Positions 25,936 through 38,969 of a DNA stretch of 43,087 nt are shown piece after piece. The position numbers and the translations under genes are program-made. Numbering within the stretch: position 1 is the first letter of the stretch; the number at the start of each line of letters is the position of its first letter. Source of the stretch: Octopus bimaculoides (lineage: Eukaryota); assembly GCF_001194135.2 (NCBI RefSeq), contig NC_068992.1, positions 30,254,865 through 30,297,951 of the forward strand. The letters run 5' to 3'. The notes under the pieces were generated by a model, which saw nothing but the letters and a program-made list of their open reading frames with translations, had not been told where the DNA came from and made no database searches.

Positions 25936-26019
25936 CTCTGATGAGAGAAATATAGATGATTGTTATGGTTGGAATTAACTCGCCCATAACAATCTTTATC
26001 TTCTCGAAACGACCGTCAG
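25936..26019 (+). ncRNA. Minimal type I hammerhead-ribozyme motif with long stem II
   Basis: CTGATGA at 25938-25944. Stem II: GAGAA/TTCTC (25945-49 with 26001-05) plus GATTGTTATGG/CCATAACAATC. GAAA at 26006-09. Stem III: AC-[GACC]-GT. Cleavage triplet GTC at 26015-17. Stem I has only 2 bp (CT/AG). Confidence 0.65.
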
Positions 26020-28099
26020 ACTTTACACTTGCTCAAGATTCCTTTTAAAATCTTTTTATACTGACTTTCTCATCTATTCGGATTACTGTTATATATTCAC
26101 CACCCGCACATTCACCATCTCGCAGGTACATGTATATATCTTTATATTATATGCCGTATATATGATATGAATACACCTTTATATATATATATATTATATA
26201 GAGAGACACGCATACACGAGTATATTATATGGTTCCGCTTATATGTTTCTAGGAAAACATATTCTGCGTGACGAAATATAAATACCGCATTTTTGTTATA
26301 TTACATGCCTTATATAATTTTTGTTTGTGCAACGATTCATTTCTCAGAAGATCAACAAAGACAAGTAGGAAATGAATTGTTAGGATCTTTCAATGAAATC
26401 CTTTAAAATCAGGTAAAATACTGCTCTAGTATGAATGCAGTACAATGGGACAGTTAAAATAAGAATGAAAGTATTTAGTATTCATCATATAGTAAGAAAG
26501 TATAGCAATGCCTGTAGGAAAGAATAATAGCATTCCGTACATTCAGTCTTATAATCCTTAAATATGACGTATCAAAATATTTGTATTCAACACAATGCCA
26601 AGTGTCGTTTGAAAACTTACTTGCAGTGTTGAGTGGATTTGCTCAGTACGTATGCACTGAAAATATTCGGACATTGACAAACTGACCAAGGCAATATTCC
26701 AACTTCCAGCAACACTGTTATATAAACATGCACGCTTTTATTTAGTATGCCTCAACACGCTATATTATACACACCAATTTTTATAGATCAAACCATTTGT
26801 AACACTGGGGACCATTTATTCAATTCTCTTTCCAGATTTTTGCAAATGCTGTTTGGGAAAAATTTATACGTGCCTGTAATAAATATGACTGAGTAACTAA
26901 TAGGTTAAATAAATTTAAGGCAAATATTTTTCAATGTTTGTGTGAATAAATTGTTGAAAAGATTCCAGTATACTACGAGTGTGTAGTGACTGAATTTCCA
27001 CGATTTTGACTTCTAAAGGAGAAATAATGTTTAAAATTACGAACGATTTAAGAATTACAATAATAATATGAGAACTGTAGTTTTATGAAACGTAATGTAC
27101 ACTAATTCCATATCTTTCAGTATTAAGGTTAACCTGAACTGTTGACAAGGATGAGCTTAATGATTATCATTCAATATAATGAATAAAGGCAATGATTAAA
27201 GCAGAGTCGCGTCAATGATTTGGAGACACTATTTACTTAAGATAACTTTGCAAAAATGCCACACTGATACTGTTATAATACAATTTAATAACATTATGAA
27301 AATGGGGACCGAGTGAAAAGACAATTTTACAGACTTGATATCGTTTGACATGTTGGAGGATTTTTATAAAACATATATCGAATTTTATTTGTGGAGAATT
27401 TATCATTATCGGCAGCCACGTTTATGTTTAATTTTTTTAGAAGTATGTTTGAGGTAGGATATAAGCGATGCAATAGAAACAAACAAATGGGTATATAAAT
27501 GTTTATTCCATTTAGGAAAATGTCATATATGTATTTCAAATTTAGAATTTCACATGTAAATAAACAGTGGAAAATTGCTTGGCATTGTACATTAGACCGA
27601 GCGATAACCTATAGAGTTAAGTGAGCGTTAATAACATGAACCATGAAATCTTAATTAATTAAAACTATGAACATATAGAGGAGAAAATTCATTACGTTAA
27701 TGATTTAAGCTAAGAATGTTAAGGGAGAACTACTTTAGAAATTAAATAAATTAATTTCAAATCGAATAATCTACCAAATGAGTCTACTCTTTGCTTTTAT
27801 GGTGGCATTCAGTACACGTTTCGAACAGTTTAAGGTCTCGTCAGATGTCATGAGAAATAAATAGAGATTGAATTTTACTGAATAGACACTCTATATAAAA
27901 TATCAATTGAACTATTTATAACTAAACAACGTTCATGAAAATCCTAGTTCAAGTAAAATAGTACTTCCCTTATTGAATGTGGGTAATTGTTTAATATTCT
28001 GAAACCTCCATTGCAACAACTACTTCTAAAATTACAGACTTTTGCTGATTCAACAGCAAGGAAGTTTATATACGATCCAATGACATATAGAAATAGCTT

Positions 28100-29750
28100 A
28101 CACATGTCTATCAAATCAAAATCTAAGTGAAGTTAACAAATACCGAAAGGACTGTAACAGTAACACAAACGGCTATACATTCACTTATTAGTTCTCTTAT
28201 TTTAGTTAAAGTTAGTTACTTTGGCATATAAGTTAGAGTCAGAAGAAAAAGGAGAATTGTTTTGATGCATTACAATGCTACTCGCATGCCGCTTGCTACC
28301 GTGTCAGATTCTCCACTACGTGTCTTTATTAAAATCTAAAATGAGATATTATCCTTTTAATTAGAAGAGGAATTGTTCTCTTAACGACCCAATTATAGGT
28401 TTCTAAACATGTATCGGAACAGAAAACTTCCCCAACCACCTGCAACAAACTGAACCCAGTTCCAACGTTGAAGGACAAGTTGGTGGCGGTTGCCTTTGAG
28501 TCGGATTATGTCAACGAAGATAGAACACACACCACACATCCGATCAATGTTTTTCCTCTCACAATTCATAAGCCCACTCAGGAATATCGTAAAACCTGAA
28601 GTAATCATTATACCACACATCGGAATTTAACTAAGAATTACAATTTTCCAATCGACATTCTTTACTTGCTAGCTATAATTGAATCCATAACTACTAATCG
28701 TTTATTGCCCAACATAACGTCAGCAATATGAATTTGTCAAATATAAAGTCTCTTCCAATTAAATGAATAAAACGACTCATTCTGAACATAGATTTTTCCC
28801 ACTTCATGACGAGTAGAAGTGCTTGGATGTTTTAATAATAAATTGTCTCAAGTTTCATTGTAAATTCTGACATAGCAACTAAACATATACGATGGAATTT
28901 CTTTATTAGCATGTTTCATAGTGTTATCGCATTCAAATACATTCGTAACACCTGTTCCCTCCAATCACTGATTAACATTAGCAATAAGTGTGGAATAGGC
29001 ATATGTTCTTGTAAATGAGGCATAATCTATTAATCGATGTAACACACAAACCTTTATTTTTTTTAGCAGAGTCAACTATTCTAGACGCTCTCGAGTTAAG
29101 TTACCGCCACTCATTACAGTTTCCTATGTTTTTTCTTATCAGCTCAAAGGACATTGAAACGGTAATGGACACTGTCTGCCCTTCTCTGACCAAAAATATG
29201 TAAGACAATTCATAATACTTATAAAGACGAGCACAGATAATATCAATTCTTATGATATCACTGATGAGTTTCATAATTTGTAGTCAGGAATGTTGATGCG
29301 CAAAATACTCATTTCGCACTTTGACTTAAAATATTCATTCATATAAATTATTGTAATACTCATGTGATAGCTGTTGGTATATTTTAGAAATAATCTAACG
29401 TCGGCAAATTGGGAGATTAATTAGGGCATTGGATAAAATGCTTAGCAGAATTTCTTCCCGCTCATTACGTTCTAGGTTCAAATCCTGCTGTGATAGATGT
29501 TCCTTTTCCTTCTTTTGTTTTCGATGGGATCAGCTATCTCTGGAGTTGCTGCCTTTTTACCAAACTTTGAAAGACTTAATTGCAACTAATTCAATGGTAT
29601 TGTCAGAAAGCGATATCGAAAGTGTTTGGATGATAATTGTAGCACGTCTAACGAAAGGATTACGGTTCGATTGTTTACGTTTATATATCCCACAATACAC
29701 ATGTGCAAATTCTTGTAAATTACCAACCTCGACGGTGTTTCGTTGATGAG
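28100..29750 (+). pseudogene. Decayed LRR (Toll-like ectodomain-type) gene relic D
   Basis: N-cap-like CLSNQNLSE (28105), QIPKGL (28137) and KRLYI (28167); then LLPNITSAI (28702), IKRLILN (28767), RHNLLID...LDALELSY (ORF 29015-29203) and TLKDLIATN (ORF 29429-29746). Confidence 0.6.
29421..29529 (+). mobile_element. Old SINE fragment inserted in relic D
   Basis: ttagggcattggataaaatgcttagc...ttacgttctaggttcaaatcctgc is similar to the core of the SINEs at 36506 and 36713. Confidence 0.6.
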
Positions 29751-29952
29751 ACAAATCCAGGTGTTTTTAATGAGATAAGGCACAGGTGAATCTTTACGCT
29801 GGGATGAAAAGCTTTCACATTCGAATGAATATAATTAATAAATAAATCTAATCGTGAATTGTCAAGTAATTTAGTTCACTTCATTGAGGAATGCTAATAT
29901 GAGTATATATTATATAAAGTGATTTTCTCTTTTCCTGGTCCGAAATACACAA

Positions 29953-29971
29953 ATACACACACAGACACACA

Positions 29972-30039
<68 letters not shown>

Positions 30040-30093
30040 TGTATGTATGTATACATGTATGTATGTATGTATGTATGTATGTATGTGTGTGTG
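29953..30093. repeat. (CA)n, (TATG)n, (TG)n compound microsatellite
   Basis: Directly visible. Confidence 0.96.
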
Positions 30094-30640
30094 TGAGTGT
30101 GCTTGTGTTAATGGCAATAGTATTTGCTCACCATTTCAACTAAAGGCAACTCCATGCTAGAAATCTGAATACCAAACATACCATTAAAAACTACATTTCA
30201 ACACATACAGTATGACTATGAACTGCCATAAGTCTCAATCGCGTGAGTATGATTTGGTTCTGTAAAGTAAATACAAAGAATAAATTAATTTCGCAAATAT
30301 TATTTGTCAATGATTGAACTTTATTTCTCGCTTAGAAATTGCTCTGAGCGAAAGTGCTGAGAAAATAATAGCAAAAATAAGACGGAGGAAATTAAATGTA
30401 AAAATGGAAGACAAGAAAATAAAACAAAGTCAGTTTATTTATTTGTATGTGACAAACATTGTTGTTTATATCCCTATAGTTGGTTCAACGAGAGATTTAT
30501 TAAATAAACACATGTAAAAATACATGTTATTCACTAATGTAAAGCAAAATAAAATATAATTGAAAGAAAAAAATAATATGAATAACATCAATACATTTCT
30601 ATTTAAGGCAAACGCTTTCTTCGATTAGTTTTGAATTTCA

Positions 30641-32900
30641 TTAAATGATGAAAAAAACTTTTAAGAGTACAGCATGTGTATAAAATATTGTGGATATAGT
30701 GGTTGAATCTCTTATTACGTGAGTGCCCAAGAACGTATTGGGCAAAATGTTGAGAGAGTATTTTAATGAGGATATATTATATTCACAGACACAAATACAC
30801 ATACACACAAACACACACATATACAGACAAACACGCATGCATATACAAATACATATATATCGAATCGATGTAAATCCAGTGATAAAAAAACATCCAAGAG
30901 ATGAAGAGTAGAATGTCTTCGGTGGAGAAAACCCTCTCAGGCAAGTTTTTGGACCCTTAACTTCTTACATCCAAAGGCGTCCGGGTGTTCTGCTCACATT
31001 TTTAACCAGTTGGATATGGTTGACTTTTGTATTGAAACTGCTTAGATATTTCATCCAGTTGGAACACCTATCCATTGATTCAACTTTTAACTTTGCAGTT
31101 AAATAGAAAATAAAGTCAGTTCTCATATCAAAGACTTCCAGATTTACTTTTATTATATATATATATTCTCTAGATCTTTGTTTCTTTAAACTCCATGAAC
31201 GTCATAAAACCATCTACAGTAAGAATTATACGAATTTGAGTACTTATACTTCTTCAAAACTCTTTTCAGAAAACTATACGTCTGAGGCAAATAGTGATAC
31301 AGTGTCAATAGTGATACAGTGTCAATAGTGATACAGTGATTGTATATCATTATTCTTCTAGTATTAAAAGTTACATAATAATCCTTCCTCATCGTGAAAA
31401 TATAAAGCCCGTTCTTGTAATTAAATGTAACAAGTTGGGTTGCTTTGAATACATTTGAACATACTTAATCTAAATGATGAAGAAAACGTTGATCTTAATG
31501 ATATATTTCTACATAATTTGTCACCCTTGGATGAATTTATTAGAAGTAATTTTATTTCAGTCATCTATTTGGCCGAAAATACACCATAAAGTGTAGGGGT
31601 TTGAACATGAGATAATTTAGGGTTTTGAAATTTTAACCACTTATACTCCACAGTAACTGCAATAAGCACCACTCTTCAGGCTCGAGACAGACTTCCACTT
31701 TGACGGACATCACAACGTACAGAGATTAGATTTAGCACATGAAATCTGAAAGGTAATTCAACAAAGACCTAATAATCAGGTAAACGTTTTAAATTCTAAC
31801 CAGAATTTAATTTATCTGTGTATGAAAGAAAAATGAAATACCCTCTGTTATTGATATCATAAATATGGCATAAAAATATAAATAGATCGATGTGGGATTG
31901 CCTAATGTATTTTCTGTTTTTCCCAATATAATCCCCGATTGTACGAGAGGGCGAAACATCGTCTCAGATCAAATTTTTCAGGAGTAGCCAGGCTGGTGTT
32001 AGAATAGAGACGTTTTATTGAAGCCATAGATCTGAGCAATATGCCTACATCAGTAAGATCTCTACCAAAGGCACCCAAGTATCAAATAATGGTATTAGGC
32101 CAATGTATGCATTTAGTATATCACTCGAGATCTCAGATTCACAACTATAGCCAAACAAATCGCGCAAGGTGTCTCGTCCAACACCTTAATGCTTAAGAAG
32201 AGTACTTCATTTTGTGCACCGTAATAAGATGACAGACGAGTTGACCACGACAGCCGAACGCGAACAAGAACGTCATGGTATTCTGTGTCGTGATCTGAGG
32301 ATACAGGCATGTCTAATTGTCTGTTATAACAGTCAATCTAAAAGAAGCGTGTGTTTTTACTTTAGAATTAACAGATATTTCTAAGACCGATAAGTGGTTT
32401 ATGTACAAAGCCCTGGTAGTAAAAGTCCAGTGAACATATGGCAAGTACTCTTAACTGAAATCACAAGAGGATTTTCTTTGATTTTTATCATATGAAGATC
32501 AATGAAATAGGAAACAGTTGTAAATATTACTATGTATGTTTTGCCAACTAAATGGTATTAACATTAATTATAGCTTCGCTCTTCTCACTATGATTAATGC
32601 AGCAAAGTAATTAAGTTATAAAGCATGGAATAGTCTCCCATAAATCTTTGGAATTATAGTTAATATTAGTTTTTTGTAAGTTCGTAGTGTCGAAAATCAT
32701 GTTTGATATTAATGTCCTTCTAACTGTTAACAGCAGATATCTTGGTGGCTAAGGTTATTAGTTGTTCATTATAAACTCTAACTTCAATAATCAAAGACTC
32801 TACAGCACATAATGTTAAGTCGTAAGTCACATTAAAGCTGCACTTTTATGCCATAATGTACATTAGGTATTGTTAACATTGATGGAATTCAATGCAAAAT
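30641..32900 (-). pseudogene. Decayed LRR-gene relic E/F with C-terminal-cap-like end
   Basis: Minus strand: KKLILT, HMIKIKENPL...MFTGL (32494), HLSVLEIS (32396), SIKVLD, SIKRLY (32021), KNNDIQSL, NLEVFDMR (31144), WMKYL, GPKTCLRG (30955), SLGC. Frame 31201-30641 has one internal stop in 187 codons. Some LRR-like words also read on the plus strand. Confidence 0.5.
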
Positions 32901-33974
32901 TACTGGAAATGTAGCTCAGACCAGGTATTTGGCCTTTTCCATACGTTCTTTACAAGTTCAACGTAACTCAAATCAATTGACTGTCATTCACAATGATATT
33001 TTTTTTTATTGAATTGTTGAAAGAATCCTCTCTTTTCACCAATAAAATGAATGTAATTCCGTTTTACATATGCTGAATTTTAACTCCCTGGAATGAAAAT
33101 GACTGAAAAAAAATTCTATTCAATATTCCACTGAATACTTCCAATACATTTTATTTCGCAATAAAGAAACAGTATACTTACATACATCACTATCTATACG
33201 TCTTTAACTTTTCAATCTGTACACACACATACATACATACATACAAACATACACAGACACACACACACACGCACATTCATACACACACATATACATGCAC
33301 ATATACATGAATACATACGTATATGCATACACATCTGTGTGTGTGTGTGTGTATGTGCGTGTGCGAATGTATGTATTCATTAACTAAAGGAAAAAAAAAC
33401 AGAAATATTAATTTTATCGAGAGAGAATATTCTTCAGTTAAAACATGAAAACCTATAAAAAATATAATTACAAAAATGCATTAAAGATATCGCTCTAAAT
33501 GTGTAAGAAAAAGTGGTGCATAGCCGTTGAAACTTGCTAAATATATTTTTTAAGCAGTAATTTTTAAAGTGAAATGAACGATGTGAGAGATTATAACAAT
33601 GAAAATGTGATCTATAAATATAGAATTAAAAAAAAAAATTCTCTTCAGTATCGTTGACCTCAATAAAATTTATCGATTCCTTATTACTAGGTAGAAAGCG
33701 AATTCTTCTTTTGGGGATGTATAATTGATTCGAACTACCTCACTACGGCCTTCTTGGATATCAGATAGAAAGAACACAACGTTTTCTTTTGTGAATTTGA
33801 AGTCTTATTCATTTTAAGGCTGACAGTTATTCCATACAATGCAAAATGCCTTAAATCTAGAGGGAAGGAGAAGAAATTTGTTTGACATTTATGCACATAA
33901 CTAAGGCAAGGTCAGTGCAATTGAAATGCGCCTGTCTACTGAAATGATGGAAACAGAATGTGATGTGTGAGGCC

Positions 33975-33979
33975 ATATA

Positions 33980-34015
<36 letters not shown>

Positions 34016-34041
34016 TGTATGTATGTATGTATGTATGTATG

Positions 34042-34083
<42 letters not shown>
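33975..34083. repeat. (TA)n, (TATG)n, (TA)n compound microsatellite
   Basis: Directly visible. Confidence 0.96.
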
Positions 34084-34086
<3 letters not shown>

Positions 34087-36247
34087 TCACTAGACCTTAT
34101 ATTAATATATTTTATTTTCAAGACACAACATGAAGTTTCATGATCTTTTCTCCTGATGCATCATATAAAATTTGCTTGTGATTTTGGTGAACAAGTCGAA
34201 GAACAAACATTTTCTGCTCGTTGGAGTGGACGGAATGTTTGTTTTAATAACTATAATGGATTTTGTCAAATCTATCATATGGAGACATTGACATACTTGT
34301 ATTATATAGGTATATGTATTTGCGATTTCCAGAAAAAATAAAAAAAATATTCGCGTCTTTGAAAGTTGAGATTAAAAAGTTGTTTTAGTACACATAGCCA
34401 GTTATCACTCTTTTAAATAAATTATTTAGAATTGTGTATTAATGTCGTGGACAGAAAAATATGGTCTTTCAACCACTTTATACTCAGCGATTATGCTTAT
34501 AAAAAACAACACTGGCCATGCTCAAAACATTAGTTTATTAACTATTTAAAGAGCTTATAAAATTGCATTAATCTGAACCGGTTGTTTGAAGCTGACTCAC
34601 TGACAATAATTAACGCGAATTTGTATTCGTAGAAAAGCAATTTCAACAATACTATTCATATTTAAACATTTCGTTCTTAAAATTATACAATACTTAGTTT
34701 CATCATACTTTATGTTTTATTCATACCTTGATGATCAAAAAATCGCTGGATCAATCGGATTTCTTGCTAGTCTTATCAGACAGCCATCAGAGAGTGGATA
34801 TATGTCTCTGTTCCCTGAAAGATTATTAGCAAAATCAAAGATAAACAAGCAATTTTTGCTGGATTGTGCGTAGATAAAATGTTTGCAGCGCAGGATTTTC
34901 TCTTTCTTTGGGCATAAAACACAGGCTAGATCAGAATGTTGTTTAATCACTTAAGATTTTCTCACTAGATTTCACGAAGAAAATAGCAGATCTTTATAGT
35001 GTATGAAAATAAAATCCGAAATGGTGTAAGTCTAATAAGCATAAAAACACAATTAAGTGTTAGCTAAAACACTTCAGTGTTTTAGTATCATGTAAAATAC
35101 GGTATACCTTTAAAAAATAAACCTATTATTGTCATATTGATCTCAAAATAATAACGAGTTATACAACGCTCTCATTTTTTGGGATCGTTAGGAAAAAGTG
35201 TTTCATTCTAACTAGAGTCTAATATTTTCTAAATGCACAAAATATGCACACACACAAAAATACATAATTTGTCTTTTTATGGAGTATACATACAAACTAG
35301 GACATATCTGAACTTGTCAATCTAATGAAAATCTATAACATTTAAACAATTGTAAACTTGCAAAATACATTATTCCCTAAGTGTATCGAATTCAAACATT
35401 GTGATCAAAATGAGGTTCAATTATGTAATGTTTGAATTAGTCAATCATTTTTGTGCGTATGTTTTATGATAGGAAAAATTGTATAAAATGTTAAAATTAC
35501 GTAATAAATGTGAATCATTCTGTATTAAACTTTATGCATGTATTGATAAACTTGGGAAACACAAAGGCAGCTCTATTAAAAAATACTTGATGTGTTAAAG
35601 AAAATCCGATTTGGAATTAGCGTGCAAAAGGAATCAAAAACCAAGAGGTTACTTTCATCTCCGAACGAATATAAAGATTATTTTGATGATTAACATTATG
35701 CAAATGATCTGCAGAATGTGTATGTGATCGTTTAAACCTGTAACAAATTTGAATCAAATCTCTCTCACAACCCACGCTACTGTCTTATTAAATATTAGGT
35801 TGGGAAACGCTGCTCGGGAATCACTGCACATTAGAAAGACGACGGTGTTGGAATGTAATTCTCTCGAATACTTTTGATCGTAGTTTTTCGCAATCAAATT
35901 TGACGTGCAGCTATACAGGAAAAGCAAGAAAAAGAAGTACTGAATTTTAATGAATAACGTTGACACATTAGATTCTACTGTGTCTTTGAATCTTAGAAAT
36001 GAGGTATCACCGGCTGATGTCGATATTGGAAACTAGTTCCCCGTTCAACGAAGTTCCGTGTTATTCTTTATCCAGTGTATGTTTACAGGAAAAAGAAAGC
36101 TGTCGACAACATTGTAATACTATTTTTTGACATTTATTGCAAAGCGTGTCATGTATAAAAATGATAAATTCAAATTAAATAAGGCAATTATTCAATTGAT
36201 AATTCTCTTTGATCAACTCATAATTGAACCTAAACCAGCTTTCTAAC

Positions 36248-36248
36248 A

Positions 36249-36326
<78 letters not shown>
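36248..36326. repeat. (AAT)n microsatellite, about 26 units
   Basis: Directly visible. Confidence 0.98.
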
Positions 36327-36330
<4 letters not shown>

Positions 36331-36505
36331 GAAAAGATATAAAACACGTATCACTCATCTTTTAAAAGGAAGAGTAATCCAATTAATATAGCGAATATAT
36401 AGCTAGTGAATATTATTGTTAATCCTTTCCTTGACATCTTTTTTTTTTACTTTTTGGCATGCGGTTCTGATTTTCAACTGGAATGAAGGCAATATATTCC
36501 AGCCG

Positions 36506-36697
36506 TTCAGCACGCCGGGCGAAATGCCTAGCGGTGTTTCGTTTGTCTTTACGTTCTAAGATCAAATTACACCGAGGTCGACTTTGCATTTCATCGTTTC
36601 GGGGTCGATATATTGAGAACTAGTTGCGCACTAGGGTCGATCTAATCGACTGGCCCACTCACCAAAAATATTGGGCCTTGTGCCTAGAGTAGAAAAG
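36506..36697 (+). mobile_element. 5'-truncated SINE, copy 1 of tandem pair
   Basis: cagcacgccgggcgaaatgcctagcgg...gaggtcgactttgc...ggggtcgat...gggccttgtgcctagagtagaaaag, bounded by AATATATTCCAGCCG at 36491 and 36698. Confidence 0.9.
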
Positions 36698-36712
36698 AAT
36701 ATATTCCAGCCG

Positions 36713-36922
36713 ATTAGCATGCCGGGCGAAATGCTTAGCGGTATTTCGTCTGTCTTTACATTCTGAGTTCAAATTACGCCGAGATCGACTTTACTTTTCA
36801 TCCTTTCGGGGTCCATTAAATAAGTACCAGTTACGCATTGGGTCAATGTAATCGACATATTCCCTTTGTCTGTCCGTGCTTGTCCCCTCTATGTTTAGCT
36901 CTTTGAGGTTGATGAAGAAATC
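36713..36922 (+). mobile_element. 5'-truncated SINE, copy 2 of tandem pair, with a different 3' tail
   Basis: Same core as copy 1, but tail tccctttgtctgtcc...ttgtcccctctatgtttagc...gaagaaatc. Bounded by AATATATTCCAGCCG at 36698 and 36923. Confidence 0.9.
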
Positions 36923-37099
36923 AATATATTCCAGCCGTGACTTGAACAAATTAAACGCGTGTAAGGCTATCTTCCAGATTAAGCCCTTGATTTTGAAAGA
37001 CGAATATGTGTTTTACATGAGATACAGCGAATTATTTATCCGCTGGTCAATCATACAGAATCGACCGCATTCATTGATTTGCAATTAGGATTGTTGTTA

Positions 37100-38050
37100 T
37101 TATTATTATTAGGATTTAGCATAGTCACACCTATGAGCAAAAGCATTACATCACTGCGCACGGTGTCATTGTAAGTTATTATTTCTTTATTTAAGATGGT
37201 GATATGCAATTTGTAGGACACACAATTGTCAATTCTATCATCTTGAATGACTACTGGTTCAAATTCAGTCAGCGCTTTACATAGTAACGAGAGGATTTAT
37301 TCAGTTATAAGCTGAAAACCTGCTGAATTGCCTCTACCTAATTTTGCAGAAATATCTCACGAAATATAATGTGAAGTGATTGCTGACGGCTATTATCTCT
37401 GGATAGTTATTGAGTTGATGCTAAACATCCAAATTCTATGCAAAACTAATTTACACATTAAACTATTGAGATAAACAGCTTCATATACTTAAACTGTCTT
37501 TATATAGGTTTCTGCAAGCAATCTGTATAAGATACAATGGAAATAATATATTAATGTACTTCTCGAAGATGTCAATACAGAGTGTTGACTAACAACCATA
37601 TTATTATCTGCGACATTGTGCTCAAGTTTACATATTGTGAAGTTTCAACTTAAAGACGAATTAATACTGCATATATTGCGTAATTCACTGGATGACAAAT
37701 AATCTGGAACTTGAAAAGTCTTTATTTCGCGATTAAGATTTAATAGTTTGTGTTCATTCCATCAAAATGATCTTGACGCTCGTAACTTTTTCAAATATAG
37801 TAGTGAATTCATATAAAGTGAAATAGCTAAAATCAGAGAGTATTACTCGATTTCAGAGAGTATTACTCGATATTATCCTGTGTCCTATATTTAATTTCAG
37901 CTATGTAGCAGTCGAGGAAATCTCTCAGAGTTTGAGACCTTCGCACAATTTCAAATAACTTTGTTAGTCTTACTTCAGTCAAATTTTTAATTTCCTTTAT
38001 CAAGACACCGCCGCCCACCGTTACTGAAATTACGAACATGTTTCTAAAAT
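37100..38050 (-). pseudogene. Possible decayed LRR-gene relic H
   Basis: Minus strand: KNLTEVRL (37988), DHFDGM (37772), then frameshifted KLLNLN (37749) and NYPEIIAVSN. Confidence 0.3.
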
Positions 38051-38696
38051 TGAAAGTGTGTATTTTTTTATGCTGTGAAACAAGAATGTTTGCATTAGAA
38101 AGTAGAGTGTCATAGTTAGGTTGATATACTTGGAACTAATTAGCAATACCATAATTTTTAAATCATTGATTAGTGTAAATTAAATTTGTCAGCGCTTTTT
38201 TAAAATGTTAACTTTAACAGCAAACATTTGCATGTGTTCCTTCCACGTATCGGACATATTGAAACATCACATCATGAGTAAAAAAGACAAATTACACTTT
38301 ACAGAGTTACAATATAAGAACTGAAGATGATCAACAAAATAATGGAATAACGGATTATATGGATACACATGAGTATTTCATGAGTATGATTGACATAAAC
38401 ATTGGGTAGACAAACGTACTTACCATTCAATATTTGCAAAAGTCACTCATATGGAAGTGATAGCAATTCGTTACGATGCATGTTGGGTAGTGTAATGAAA
38501 TATTCATTTATCAAAATTTGGTCAACTATCAGATGTGTTGTAGCGATTTAAAGAAGTATTTTGAGATCAAAATGATTGAATTAAGAAATTATGTGACACG
38601 TGTATTGACTGCCGAGTATACTTAAATTCTAATATCGTTTATGCTCCTGCTATATTTACAATGTATACAGTCTAAATCATCCAAACGTACTTATTT

Positions 38697-38729
<33 letters not shown>

Positions 38730-38969
38730 TATGTATATATATATATTCATAAAGGCACACGCACGCACATGTGCGCATACACACACATATAAATTTATAT
38801 ATATATATATGTATATATATATGTAGGTGTGTGTGCATGTGTGTGTGTGTGAGTATAAAAACTAAAGGAAAATAAAGTTTCAAATTTAGCAATGTAGAAA
38901 GATTTATAAAGCCATTATATTTCGGGCATAACAGCCCATACTCAGAAGATTCTCTCTCAGAAATATTTA

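Noticed and set aside
26720-26900. Possible TIR box 1 (HAFI*YAS)
   Set aside because: No following RDFxPG or WCxxE motifs in any frame I read, and LRR-like words occur on the opposite strand. Unsupported.
31288-31338. Short local tandem duplications (17 bp here, 14 bp at 23190, about 20 bp at 37833, about 29 bp at 14335)
   Set aside because: Only two to three units with no spacers. These are ordinary slippage products, not CRISPR-like arrays.
34150-34950. LRR-like words on both strands (VFQPLY on plus; FDFANN and IRLARNPI on minus)
   Set aside because: Conflicting strands and too few ordered motifs to separate from AT-rich chance matches. Similar weak hints at 1900-2400, 16850-16950 and 21050-21480 were also left uncalled.
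36012-36040. CTGATGT...GAAACTAGTT hammerhead-like string
   Set aside because: Core A9 is mutated, stem II is only about 2 bp and stem I is 2 bp. Compatible with chance.
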